A stretch of 64,000 nucleotides of DNA from a bacterium (lineage in GTDB: Bacteria; Patescibacteriota; Minisyncoccia; Phycocordibacterales; UBA9973): contig JBAWZD010000001.1 in assembly GCA_037143195.1 (NCBI GenBank), positions 272,892-336,891 of the forward strand, written 5' to 3'. A program made the position numbers and the translations under genes. Positions 38,549-49,400 of the stretch are shown here, piece by piece; the first letter of the stretch is position 1, and each line of letters begins with the position of its first letter. Under the pieces are notes generated by a model that saw only the letters and a list, made by a program, of their open reading frames with translations, did no database searches and had not been told where the DNA came from.

Positions 38549-39715
38549 ATGAATATTCTCGCAATCGAAACTTCGTGCGACGAGACAGCCATCGCCATCC
38601 TCACGCGAAAAGGCAATCATTGCACTCTTCACGCGCACCAAGTCGCTTCACAAATCGCACTCCATACTCAATACGGAGGCGTATTCCCGATGATGGCGAA
38701 GCGCGAACATAGTCGAAATATCGTTCCGCTTTTCCTCGAAACGCTCAATGAAGCGGGAGTACTTGCTGATGCGAAAAAAAGTTCAGTATGGAAACCACGA
38801 ATCGTCGCAAAGCTTACAAAGCTTCTTGAACGCGAACCTGAAATGCTCGAACTTTTTCTGCGAGAAATTCCTCGTTTGCAAAAACCAAAAATCGATCGCA
38901 TCACGGTGACGGTCGGCCCAGGCCTTGAACCAGCACTTTGGGTTGGTATCAATTTTGCAAAGGCACTTTCGTATGCGTGGGACATTCCGCTTGTACCAGT
39001 CAATCACATGGAAGGGCACGTACTTTCTATTTTTCCTGAAGAATCAAAAAAAGAATTTACGATTTCAAAAATTGCGACTCCCGCTATTTCATTACTCGTT
39101 TCTGGTGGGCACACAGAGCTCGTACTTGTAAAAGGCGTTGGCAAATATGCTGTCGTTGGAAAAACACTCGACGATGCAGCCGGTGAAGCCTTCGACAAAG
39201 TCGCGCGCATGCTCGGACTTCCCTATCCAGGTGGCCCAGAAATTTCGCGCCTCGCAGAAAGTGTGCGCGACAGTATCAACCAAGGAGGGATCAAAAAAAC
39301 AATTTCACTCCCTCGACCAATGTTGCACGCTGACAATTTGGATTTTTCTTTTTCCGGACTCAAGACCGCAGTACTCTACCTCATCAAAAAACTCGGCGAC
39401 CTAAACGAAGCAACCAAAAAAGAAATCGCGTGCGAATTCGAAAATTCTGCCGTTGAAGTGCTCGTGGTAAAAACAATGAAGGCAGTGAAGAAATTCAAAG
39501 CAAAATCAGTTATCGTTGGTGGCGGAGTTTCGGCAAACAAACATCTTCGAAAAGTACTCACAGAAGCATGCAAAGAATACGGTGTCGAAGTGATCTTCCC
39601 AACCAAAACGCTTACAACCGACAACGCTATTATGATTGGTATTGCAGGCTCGTTCGGAAAGAAGGTTCGTAGTACCTCAAAAAAACTTCTCGCTAACGGA
39701 AATATGTCCCTGTAG
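38549..39715 (+). CDS. tsaD: tRNA N6-adenosine threonylcarbamoyltransferase (Kae1/TsaD)
   Basis: MNILAIETSCDETAIAI N-terminus, metal-binding His pair (HMEGH), ASKH-fold; begins 4 nt after the murA stop. Confidence 0.9.
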   Translation: MNILAIETSCDETAIAILTRKGNHCTLHAHQVASQIALHTQYGGVFPMMAKREHSRNIVPLFLETLNEAGVLADAKKSSVWKPRIVAKLTKLLEREPEMLELFLREIPRLQKPKIDRITVTVGPGLEPALWVGINFAKALSYAWDIPLVPVNHMEGHVLSIFPEESKKEFTISKIATPAISLLVSGGHTELVLVKGVGKYAVVGKTLDDAAGEAFDKVARMLGLPYPGGPEISRLAESVRDSINQGGIKKTISLPRPMLHADNLDFSFSGLKTAVLYLIKKLGDLNEATKKEIACEFENSAVEVLVVKTMKAVKKFKAKSVIVGGGVSANKHLRKVLTEACKEYGVEVIFPTKTLTTDNAIMIGIAGSFGKKVRSTSKKLLANGNMSL

Positions 39716-39861
39716 GTTATCCACATAGGCCTTCGACAAAGTCGGCCAGTTTGGTATAAATAATGTATGTTCAAAGTAAGAACAACAGCAGTCGTGGTCG
39801 TCGTCACCAACTCATTCCGAGGGGGCCAATTTGTTGCATAAGACGAAATAACAAACAACAA

Positions 39862-39896
39862 AAGAGCGGCTCCCGAAAGGGAGCCGCTCTTTTTGC
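39862..39896 (+). terminator. Rho-independent terminator after tsaD
   Basis: aaaagagcggctcccgaaagggagccgctcttttt. Confidence 0.8.
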
Positions 39897-40009
39897 AAAA
39901 AACTCCCTGCCCCATGTTTTGAACTAGCGTTCTCGAGATTCAAAAAAGTCTCAAGAACGGTGGTCCAAACAAACCACCACATTTCCTTACTTTCAAAACT
40001 CAATATCGT

Positions 40010-40429
40010 ATGCAGCTACCACCTAAGTATCAACGTTTGCTCGTGATCTTAGATCGCCTGCACAACAAACAACCTGCCAAAGATTCGCTTTCAGCCTACA
40101 AAATGATTGCAGACACAATCATAGAAGTTGAAAATGAATTTTTTGGTCCAGAATCTTCGAATTTACATTTGAGCGATCCTCATCTTGGACGTATGACAGC
40201 ACCTACACTTGATAATATTTTCTCGGTTCCTGATTACAATGGAGTTTCCATTCTAATTAGTACAAACCAAGTCACTTTTATCAGTAAGTCCGGTGCGATC
40301 GAAATTCAAAAGAAAAATCGCGAAGATAAGTACGGAGAGATTATCTCGTTCTCACAGAGAACAGAACTTGTTCTGTTCAAAAAGAACGACTCTTCTGGAC
40401 ACGGAGTCTGGCACAAAAAAAACAAATAG
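40010..40429 (+). CDS. Hypothetical protein
   Basis: 139-aa ORF followed by a 9-bp-stem hairpin (aaccataat...attatggtt). Confidence 0.4.
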   Translation: MQLPPKYQRLLVILDRLHNKQPAKDSLSAYKMIADTIIEVENEFFGPESSNLHLSDPHLGRMTAPTLDNIFSVPDYNGVSILISTNQVTFISKSGAIEIQKKNREDKYGEIISFSQRTELVLFKKNDSSGHGVWHKKNK

Positions 40430-40513
40430 AACCATAATACTCATTCATTATGGTTCTATTCATTCAAAATCCATTATCATTGAAAATAAAGCCTAAAATG
40501 CTATACTTTTTTT

Positions 40514-43240
40514 ATGCACAACGACAATAACATCCCCGAAAAACTCCTCAAACCTTACAGCGCCAAAGACACCGAATCTCGTATTTATGAAGCATGGCTC
40601 GACAGCGGATTCTTCAATCCCGATATCTGTGTTGAAAAGGGCGTCACCAAAGCCGACGCAGAGCCATTTTCAATGGTTTTGCCCCCACCGAACGTCACCG
40701 GGACGCTCCATACAGGACACGCGCTCATGCTCGTCATCGAAGACATCATGACTCGCTACGCTCGCATGCAAGGCAAGCGCACCCTTTGGCTCCCTGGTAC
40801 CGACCACGCCGCAATTGCCACACAGTCCAAAGTTGAAAAAATTCTTGAAAAAGAAGAAGGCAAACGCAAACAAGATCTCGGTCGCGAAGAATTCCTCGCA
40901 CGCGTCAACAAATTCGCGCAAGAATCTCACGACACGATCGTTGGTCAAGCAAAACGCATGGGTGCATCACTCGACTGGAGTCGTGAAGCATTCACGCTCG
41001 ACGCAACACGCAATCTCGCCGTTCGCACCGCATTCTCCCGCATGTACAAAGACGGGCTCATTTATCGTGGCCACCGTATCGTAAACTGGGACCCAAAAGG
41101 TCAGACAGTTATTTCAGATGATGAACTTGTATACGAGGAGCGCAAATCAAAACTCTACACCTTCAAGTATTCAAAAGACTTCCCTATTTCAATTTCAACA
41201 ACCCGACCCGAAACAAAAGTTGGCGATACGGCGGTTGCAGTTGATCCTACCGACGAGCGATACAAGCAATATGTCGGCAAAGAATACGATGCAGTATTTT
41301 GTGGCGTACCTATTCATATCAAAATAGTTGCAGACGAAAGTGTTGAAAAAGATTTCGGTACAGGAGCGCTTGGTGTTACTCCAGCGCACAGCCAAATTGA
41401 CGCGGAAATTGCTACGCGGCACAATCTTCCGACCATTCAAGTCATCAATGAATATGCAAAAATGATGATTGGAGGAGAAAATCTTCTTGGGAAAAAAGTA
41501 ACTGAAGCTCGGGAAACAATAGTGCAGTGGATTCGCGATGAAGGTCTGATGGAAAAGGAAGAAGATGTGACGCAAAATGTGTCGACCGCAGAACGAACTG
41601 GGGCAATCATCGAACCACTTCCAAAATTGCAATGGTTCATTAACGTAAACAAGCCGATTGCAGATCGAGGCAATAAAACCCTCAAGGAATTGATGCTTGC
41701 TCCAATCCGTGAAAAACAAATCGAAATTCTTCCCGACCGTTTCGAAAACGTGTACTACAACTGGGTCAACAATCTTCGCGATTGGTGTATTTCTCGTCAA
41801 ATCTGGTACGGACACCGCATTCCTGTATGGTACGACAAAGACGGTGCAATCCATTTGCCGAAGGAACGCCGTGTATTGCTCGCACGTCACGGTGAAAGCG
41901 AGGCAAACTCGCTTCGCTTGTTCGCCGGTGGCAAAAGTCAATCTCCACTCACCGATACCGGTCGCGCTCAAGCAAAAGAACTTGGGCAAAAACTGAAATC
42001 AGAAAATGTAACCAAAATTATTTCGTCAAATCTTCCTCGCGCTCGCGAGACAGCGGAAATCATTGCGCGCGAAATTGGCCTCGACCCACAATCAATCGAA
42101 GAATGGGCTGACTACCGTGAATATGAAGTTGGAGACCTCGAAAATACCCCCTGGCCAGAAAAAGGAATTCCATTCCGCACTGCAATAGAATCACAAAAAG
42201 GAGAAAATCTCGCGCAGATTGAACAGCGCGTTATTTCCGTATTCAAAAAACTCGAATCAGTTGAGACTGAGGGCACACTGCTCATGGTCGGACACAACGG
42301 ATTCAACTGTTGTATGAAGGCACATATTGAAGGCGTACAAAAAGAACGTTTCGTAGAATTCGCCGAACTGTGCACAATGGAAAATGCATCGACTCATGAA
42401 TTCATGCTCATGCACAATCCGAGCGGTGAAGGTCTCACTCAAGACGAAGACACACTCGATACATGGTTCTCCTCTGGCCTATGGACATTTTCCACACTCG
42501 GCTGGCCACAAAAGACACACGATCTCAAGATGTTCCATCCGACGTCTGTACTTGAGACTGGCCACGATATTATTTTCTTCTGGGTTGCTCGTATGATTTT
42601 GATGAGTACATACCTCCTCGGAGAAATTCCGTTCAAAACAGTCTACTTCCACGGGCTTGTTCGTGACGAAAAAGGCCGTAAGATGTCGAAGTCGCTCGGC
42701 AATATCGTTGACCCGATTACGCTCATCGACAAATATGGCACTGATGCACTTCGCATGGCGATGATCGTCGGTGTAGGTCCTGGCTCTGACAGCAATCTTG
42801 GAGAAGAAAAAATCAAAGCATATTCAAAATTCGCAAACAAGCTTTGGAACATCGCCCGTTTCGTTATGGAAAATACTTCCAAGCTCGACACGACCACGAC
42901 ACACACACTCGACACCGAAGATCAAGCAACGATTGATGAAATCAATGCTCTCCTCAAGGAAATCACAAAAGAAATGAACGAGTACAAATTCTATCTCGTT
43001 GCCGAAAAACTCTATCACTACACATGGCATACATTTGCCGACGTTGTAATCGAACGAAGTAAAAATAAAATCGCAAACGGAACAGGTTCAGAGTCAGCAC
43101 AACAAATGCTCGTCACTGCACTTCCCCTTTTGCTCCGCGCGCTTCACCCATTCATGCCGTACATTACTGAAGAACTTTGGAATACAGTGTATAATGAAAA
43201 GAATCTTCTGCTTGTAGAAGAGTGGCCATGCAAAATCTAA
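40514..43240 (+). CDS. valS: Valyl-tRNA synthetase carrying an inserted histidine-phosphatase (PGAM-like) domain
   Basis: HIGH motif (LHTGHAL), CP1 editing motifs (TTRPETKVGDTAVAV, GTGALGVTPAHS), WCISRQIWYGHRIP, KMSKS; between WYDKDG and QDEDTLDTWFSS lies a ~195-aa block with RHGESEAN...PLTDTGRAQA...SSNLPRARETAEII...VGHNGF (His-phosphatase superfamily motifs). Confidence 0.9.
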   Translation: MHNDNNIPEKLLKPYSAKDTESRIYEAWLDSGFFNPDICVEKGVTKADAEPFSMVLPPPNVTGTLHTGHALMLVIEDIMTRYARMQGKRTLWLPGTDHAAIATQSKVEKILEKEEGKRKQDLGREEFLARVNKFAQESHDTIVGQAKRMGASLDWSREAFTLDATRNLAVRTAFSRMYKDGLIYRGHRIVNWDPKGQTVISDDELVYEERKSKLYTFKYSKDFPISISTTRPETKVGDTAVAVDPTDERYKQYVGKEYDAVFCGVPIHIKIVADESVEKDFGTGALGVTPAHSQIDAEIATRHNLPTIQVINEYAKMMIGGENLLGKKVTEARETIVQWIRDEGLMEKEEDVTQNVSTAERTGAIIEPLPKLQWFINVNKPIADRGNKTLKELMLAPIREKQIEILPDRFENVYYNWVNNLRDWCISRQIWYGHRIPVWYDKDGAIHLPKERRVLLARHGESEANSLRLFAGGKSQSPLTDTGRAQAKELGQKLKSENVTKIISSNLPRARETAEIIAREIGLDPQSIEEWADYREYEVGDLENTPWPEKGIPFRTAIESQKGENLAQIEQRVISVFKKLESVETEGTLLMVGHNGFNCCMKAHIEGVQKERFVEFAELCTMENASTHEFMLMHNPSGEGLTQDEDTLDTWFSSGLWTFSTLGWPQKTHDLKMFHPTSVLETGHDIIFFWVARMILMSTYLLGEIPFKTVYFHGLVRDEKGRKMSKSLGNIVDPITLIDKYGTDALRMAMIVGVGPGSDSNLGEEKIKAYSKFANKLWNIARFVMENTSKLDTTTTHTLDTEDQATIDEINALLKEITKEMNEYKFYLVAEKLYHYTWHTFADVVIERSKNKIANGTGSESAQQMLVTALPLLLRALHPFMPYITEELWNTVYNEKNLLLVEEWPCKI

Positions 43241-43980
43241 CTTTCGCAAATAATCCAACTGTATTTATCATTGCGCTTATCGCAGGGGTCGTCCCGTCAA
43301 TACTCTGGCTGTTTTTTTGGCTACGCGAAGATGAGACAGGCAAGCATGAACCGACAGGTCTCGTTGCGCTCACGTTCATCGCCGGAATGGTCTCAGTCGT
43401 GCTCGTGCTCCCAATCGAAAAATTTATTTCGACACTCCCTTACAGTCACACAACCTTAATTGCACTTTGGGCTGCGAGTGAAGAATTTCTCAAGTACGCA
43501 GCATTCACAATCATTATGACTCGCAGTCCGTATCTCGATGAGCCAGTAGACTATCCACTCTACCTCATGACTGCAGCTCTCGGATTCGCCGCACTTGAAA
43601 ATGCAATGTATCTCATTCATCCAGTCGCAGTGAACGACGCGACGGTGTCATTTCTCACAGGAAACATGCGTTTCCTTGGATCGACGCTCTTGCACTCAGT
43701 TTCAAGTGGTATCGTTGGTCTCTCGATTGGTCTCGCGTTCTTCAAATCAAGTGGCTCCCGATTGTTCTACACTTTATTTGGCCTTGCCGCTGCAATCGCC
43801 TTGCACAGTGTCTTTAACTTTTTTATAATGCAGAAGAACGGCGAAAACTTTTTACAAGTTTTTGGCTTTCTCTGGGTTGTAACTATTATCATAATGCTCC
43901 TCTTCGAGAAATTGCGCCGTATGGGAAACTACGTTGAAACAGACCAGCAACCCACACCAGTGCAATACGCTCAATACTAA
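43222..43980 (+). CDS. prsW: PrsW-family intramembrane metalloprotease
   Basis: Polytopic; conserved EEFLKY and GFAALEN motifs of the PrsW/CPBP clade; overlaps the valS end (alternative start at 43228). Confidence 0.7.
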   Translation: MAMQNLTFANNPTVFIIALIAGVVPSILWLFFWLREDETGKHEPTGLVALTFIAGMVSVVLVLPIEKFISTLPYSHTTLIALWAASEEFLKYAAFTIIMTRSPYLDEPVDYPLYLMTAALGFAALENAMYLIHPVAVNDATVSFLTGNMRFLGSTLLHSVSSGIVGLSIGLAFFKSSGSRLFYTLFGLAAAIALHSVFNFFIMQKNGENFLQVFGFLWVVTIIIMLLFEKLRRMGNYVETDQQPTPVQYAQY

Positions 43981-43985
43981 AATAT

Positions 43986-44471
43986 ATGGCAAAAAATGAA
44001 AAAAAGCGTTCATTCTTCGAGAGACTTTCTGGTGGTATCCGACTCGACGAAGAAGAAACCAAAAATGAAGAAAAGCGTCCCTCAATAAAAAGCGCTGGCA
44101 ACGAAGAATTGTGGAATACCTCAGATGAAGAAATCGAAGGCGACGGAGAGCTCGCGCTCGATGTCTATCAAACTGCCAACGATATTGTTGTGCAGACTTT
44201 TGTCGCAGGCGTACGTCCAGAAGATCTTGAAATCAACATAACGCGCGACATGCTCACCATCAAAGGCAAGCGTCATGAAAACCGCACCATTCAAAATGAT
44301 GATTTTTTCAGCAAAGAGCTCTATTGGGGTACTTTTTCACGAAGCGTCGCACTTCCTCAAGAGATTGAGCCCGAAGAATCAGAAGCAATGGAACGCCACG
44401 GCCTTCTCACTGTGCGAATGCCAAAGATCGACAAAAACAAGCGTTCAAATTTGAAAGTAAAGTCTCTCTAG
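43986..44471 (+). CDS. Small heat-shock protein (Hsp20/alpha-crystallin)
   Basis: Alpha-crystallin domain (LALDVYQTANDIVVQTFVAGVRPEDLEINI...LTIKGKR...GTFSRSVALP). Confidence 0.8.
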   Translation: MAKNEKKRSFFERLSGGIRLDEEETKNEEKRPSIKSAGNEELWNTSDEEIEGDGELALDVYQTANDIVVQTFVAGVRPEDLEINITRDMLTIKGKRHENRTIQNDDFFSKELYWGTFSRSVALPQEIEPEESEAMERHGLLTVRMPKIDKNKRSNLKVKSL

Positions 44472-44487
44472 TGCTCTTATTGTTTTT

Positions 44488-44886
44488 CTACACACTCATT
44501 TCATCGAGCGCTTTGTAATAATATTCTTGATTGCCGACGGCCTCTGAGACTTCCAAGATTCGCGCCCATAATTTGGTCGCGATGTCTGTGTGCCCGAGGT
44601 CACGATACGCATCGGCTGCCATGCCCAACCCCAAAAAAGCCTGACTCCCAGGAATCCCCGGAAGATGCGTTCCAACAAAAAGACGTTCAATGAGCTTTAG
44701 AATTCGAGCTTCTTCTTTTTCAGTGCGATTTGGTTTTTGAAGCAGCGCTACGATGCGCTCACCGTCGGTCTTGTCATCGCCATCAAAATCCTCGTCTTCG
44801 TCGTCGAGATAGCTGTCTTCGTATCGTTTTCGGTACCCCATACGGTACACTATATACCACAAAATGCGGAAATTCAAAAAAATCAC
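44488..44886 (-). CDS. Hypothetical acidic protein translationally coupled to dinB
   Basis: ATGA start/stop overlap with the upstream dinB; Asp/Glu-rich N-terminal half; no family recognised. Confidence 0.35.
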   Translation of the reverse strand: MIFLNFRILWYIVYRMGYRKRYEDSYLDDEDEDFDGDDKTDGERIVALLQKPNRTEKEEARILKLIERLFVGTHLPGIPGSQAFLGLGMAADAYRDLGHTDIATKLWARILEVSEAVGNQEYYYKALDEMSV

Positions 44887-46109
44887 CCATGCTTCGGAAA
44901 TGAATTTCCACGCTCATGAATACTTTCTTTTTGTGACGATGCGCGCATCAATGCACCTCGCCCGAATTTTTTTCGTATCGTATCCGCGACTCTTTCGACA
45001 ACGAGTTGGTCGATAGCTGTATCTTGCGTACCAAACAAATCTCTCGGCACATCTTCTTCACGCTGAAGTGAGTGAAGAATAATGCCCGTTGATCGGATCT
45101 TCTGACCTTGCGCGAGCGTGCGCGAAAGATACGGTTCAAGCGCATTTAAAACGATGCCAGGATCGGTCGTAAACACAGACAATTTCGCATCAGCAAAGTA
45201 ATGCACAAACTCAGTTGTTTTTACGAAAAATGAAACTGAATTTGTGAGTAAACGAAGTTCACGAGCTCGAGCACATGCGTGCTCTGCATTGTCACTGAGC
45301 TCAGACCAAATAACGTGAGCATCATTCGACGGAGGACGAAATGTAGAAGTTGATTGGATTGATTGTTGATTGCGAGGGTCAGTATCCGAGGAGATAGTGT
45401 GAATTGATTGACCTGAAAGTTCTAATTGCAAAATACGAAGTGGCTCAGAAAAAAAGCGTTCAATATGATCACTCGAATACGTGATGAAATCGTACGCTGT
45501 TCGAATACCCATTTGAACAAGTCGTGGAGCAGTCCTACGACCTATACCCCACACGTCTTCAATATCAGTCTTTCGTAACGCCTCATGCTCATCAAGCTCT
45601 GTGAGCAAAAGAGCAACGCCATGTGGTTTGTTTAATTTTGAAGCAGTCTTGGCAAGCGCCTTGGTACGAGCAATACCAATAGAATACGTCACTCCGAATG
45701 TTCGCCATATTTCATTCTGGATAGCTATGGCCAACTTTTTTTCGCCACCAAAAAATCGAACATCCGACATTTTGACCTCGGCGAAACATTCATCGATACT
45801 GTATATCTCAACCGTATCGAGATATGAAAGAAGGATTGCATATACGCCATCAGAAATTCGTCGGTATACATCAAAGTGGTGCGGAAGTATAATGACCGAA
45901 GGAAATCGTCGTTTGATTTGGAACACCGGCATCCCTCGAGTGACACCAAGATTTTTGGCTTCAGGACTCATCGCCACCGCGATGCCTCGATCTTCACCGA
46001 CGACGACGGGCAAGCCACGATACTCTGGATTTTGAGAAAGCTCACAGGCCACAAAGAAACTGTCACCGTCAGCATGGAGGAATAATGAATCATGTGAACG
46101 CTCGTTCAT
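44883..46109 (-). CDS. dinB: Y-family DNA polymerase (DinB/Pol IV-like)
   Basis: LHADGDSFFVACE catalytic N-terminus, SIDECF motif, Y-family palm/fingers/little-finger layout; 408 aa. Confidence 0.85.
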   Translation of the reverse strand: MNERSHDSLFLHADGDSFFVACELSQNPEYRGLPVVVGEDRGIAVAMSPEAKNLGVTRGMPVFQIKRRFPSVIILPHHFDVYRRISDGVYAILLSYLDTVEIYSIDECFAEVKMSDVRFFGGEKKLAIAIQNEIWRTFGVTYSIGIARTKALAKTASKLNKPHGVALLLTELDEHEALRKTDIEDVWGIGRRTAPRLVQMGIRTAYDFITYSSDHIERFFSEPLRILQLELSGQSIHTISSDTDPRNQQSIQSTSTFRPPSNDAHVIWSELSDNAEHACARARELRLLTNSVSFFVKTTEFVHYFADAKLSVFTTDPGIVLNALEPYLSRTLAQGQKIRSTGIILHSLQREEDVPRDLFGTQDTAIDQLVVERVADTIRKKFGRGALMRASSQKESIHERGNSFPKHG

Positions 46110-46410
46110 CTCTCTACTGTATCACGGATACCGAGCACCACAAATACACAAAGGCCACTATTATAAAATAATAGTGGCCTTATTCATTTTCACGAAACCA
46201 AAAAAAGGGCTATCGCCAGTAATCCCACGTCAAACCTTAGACAAGGTTCTCAAACTTAAAACCATTTTTTTACGCTACAAATTGAATAACGCACGACGTT
46301 AATTACTAGGATAGCCGTTCACAACTTAAAAAGAATAGTACTGTTTGAACGATTGAGAGTCAACGCTTTTTGTACTGCATCACATAAAACCAGAGTTGAG
46401 AACAGCTACT

Positions 46411-49400
46411 CTATCGGTGAATAAAATACCAAACGCAAGCAAGTAGCAACAACCCCACGATGATCATCCATTTTTTCACCACAAATCCGGAGTGCTGCGC
46501 GTCTGCTCGCAAGACATCGTTTCTTTCTGTCTCGACAAAGTTCACACCTTCTTTGATTGTGCCTGTGTGTTTTGCATTCGCGATCTTCTTCGAGCTTGAA
46601 TCAATCATATGAGTGCTTTGTGTGACGAGAATCGATGTATCAGTTAGCGTATGTATTGGTGTCACAGATTGAGTAATGGCTTGTGTGGGAGCAGGAACAT
46701 CTGGCGGAGAGATCAATTGAGCGGATCCAGAATTCCTATTCGTAGTATTGTTCGAAGGGGCAATCGACGTATCTTCATGTTTTTCTTCTTTCTTCTCTGG
46801 CACGGTAACCGTTTTCACATCTTCTGTGTTACCAACCGAATCAATCGCGAAGTATTGAACAGTGGCACCACTCGCATCAAACGATGACTGATATTGATTC
46901 CATGTCACTCCCCCGTCAATAGAATATTCAATTTCAAGTACGCCCGAATCTGCATCGCTTGCACTGAGCGTGAGGATTCCGGTATCTGAAAAAGAAGCGG
47001 AACTTATAGGCGCCACACTGTCGTCGACCGCCGAGCCCGACACGGTACTTGAAGGAGCATAGACTGCGCCATCTATGCCCTCGCCTGCATCAACGACGAG
47101 CGTAGGTGTGTTCAAAGCATCATCAATCTGGATACGTGACACAACACCGGTAAGAGCAATCGGTATGTCATGGAAATAGTATTCTTTGGTTACAACATCA
47201 TAGCAGTCGATTTTCTTAACACGGAAATCATACCCGCCGACATCAGTCGCCGTGTTCGTCACACGATAGCTAGTACCACTTGGCAAAAACGCGAATGCGT
47301 CCTCACCGATCTCGTCGTACGTGACACCATCAATACCGTACTCAATAGTACCGTCGGACACTGGACCAGTATGATTTCCGTTTGTATCATATATATCCAT
47401 CCGTACGGGACTGTGTTTGCTCACGATTGTACCCGACACACCACATGTTGTTTTGTCCGTACTCACATTATCTGACGAAGGATTCTGCTCTCCAGAAATC
47501 ACTGCTTGAATACTCTCGGGAACACCACTTGCCGATGGAAGCGTTGAGTGTGAAGCTCCTCGGACAAACAGCTGTTGTACGCCATCAAGCAAAGACGAAG
47601 CAAGTGGCACAGTGTCGTCTCCATTCACATAGCCAAGGTCATAGTCATCGACGAATGTGCGTCCAGTACTTGTCCACGAGAATTTTTTGCGAAGCGTGAC
47701 GCTGCCAATCGTTTTGGTTCGCCCACATCCGCTATAATTATATGTTTTTGATTCCGGCAGATGGAGCGAATCAATCGCCGTATGCAAATCTTCAGCTTGA
47801 GGAAATAATGATGTGTTACGCCCAGAACGAATCAATAATTGTTTTGTGTTTTCATAATCTAGATATGCTTGATGCATTGTAGAGACAGTAGTAGTCATCA
47901 GGTCACGAACATATCGCAACCCACGACCAACACCATCTATGTATGTTTTTGTTGGAAGGAGGTCATAAACTGAAGGCAGATTTTGTGACAAGGCAAAGAT
48001 TCTCTTCGGATTCAAAAGATTGAAACCGAGCACACTCGCGCCCAAATTGTCGCCGAACTCAAGCATCGTAAATGCCTTCGGAGCACCAAGATGAGGTGTA
48101 CCCAAAAATATCAGTTTGTGTATATGTGCATCGCCTTCGTTTGCAATATATTGTTTCGCAACCAAACCTCCCATGCTATGCGCGATGAGCGTGACGTCAG
48201 AATATCCCGTTGTGGCGAGGACAGAAGTAATCGTCTGCTGTAATCGTTGAGCACTTTGCCCCACAGACATTCTCCAATCATACGGAAAGACAAAAAGGTC
48301 TTTGCCTTCTACATATCCACGCGACGTAAATGAAGTAATAAGAGAATTAAAAATATGAACCTGAGGATATTCACGAATAATATCTCCGAGATCTACATGA
48401 CTATCCTGTTCCTTGCCACTCGCATCGAGCCTGAGATAATCAAGAAACGAATCCGATGTCGAACGTATCATTTCGGCTATATTCGGCCACACCTCTGTGT
48501 GCGTATCGCTGCGAAGCAACTGAGTACCTGCAATGCCAGGGATAATGATGACGGGTGTATGTGCATCGATCGATTGTATTTTGGTTTCAAATGGATTTGA
48601 TTTTAGCCAAGACTTCACAACAATAGAATCAGATATCGCTTCACCGTCGCCATCTGGGTTTGATGTGGTATTCTTTGGACCATTTGCACTATTCCACCAA
48701 TTCTCACCTATCACAATCGGCACTGGATCAGGCCGATCGACGGCAATCGTATTCCCCACGAAACTATCGCCCGAAATCGCAACCTGAACTGGCGCATTTC
48801 GAATTTCAATCCCGTGCTCATTTTGTGTAATGACAGAATCATGCACGATAAGTCGATTGTTATCCCACGGTTCGGTCGGGTGTTTCTCTACAAAAATACC
48901 GGCTTTCTTCGCGTGTTGCACGGTACATTTTTCGAACGTAACACTACTATCGACTGTCACGGTCACCCCGATGGCATCTGCTTCAATCAAGCTATTCGTA
49001 AGTGTTACCGTCACGTTATCGCGTGTCTGGAGCGCGTTGCCATTCGGACTCATATTTCGAATTACTCCATCATCAAAATGAAGGATCGACCGTCCCTGTA
49101 TATAACTTGGTGCGAGCGCAAGGGACGCTAATTCTGCATCAATCGTCGTATGCGAAACCGTCGCAATCGAACTATCAGCCAAACTCAAACTGCTGAGTGC
49201 CCCGTACGAAATATCTACTGTGGATTTTGTAAGCACTTGAACTCTCAACACATCGGCGTATGAAAGAGTGATTGAAGCATTTGTTCCGTTGATAATGAGA
49301 TTTTTAAATGTAACGCGCTGGTCACTTGTACCCTGCACGAGCAAATTACCGCTTGTGATTGTGAATCCGAGATCGAGTGGTCGTTTACCAAGGCCGTTTT

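Noticed and set aside
46110-46200. LexA/SOS box upstream of dinB
   Set aside because: I looked for CTGT-N8-ACAG and GAAC-N4-GTTC patterns and found only a partial ctgtatcacggatac, which I do not find convincing.
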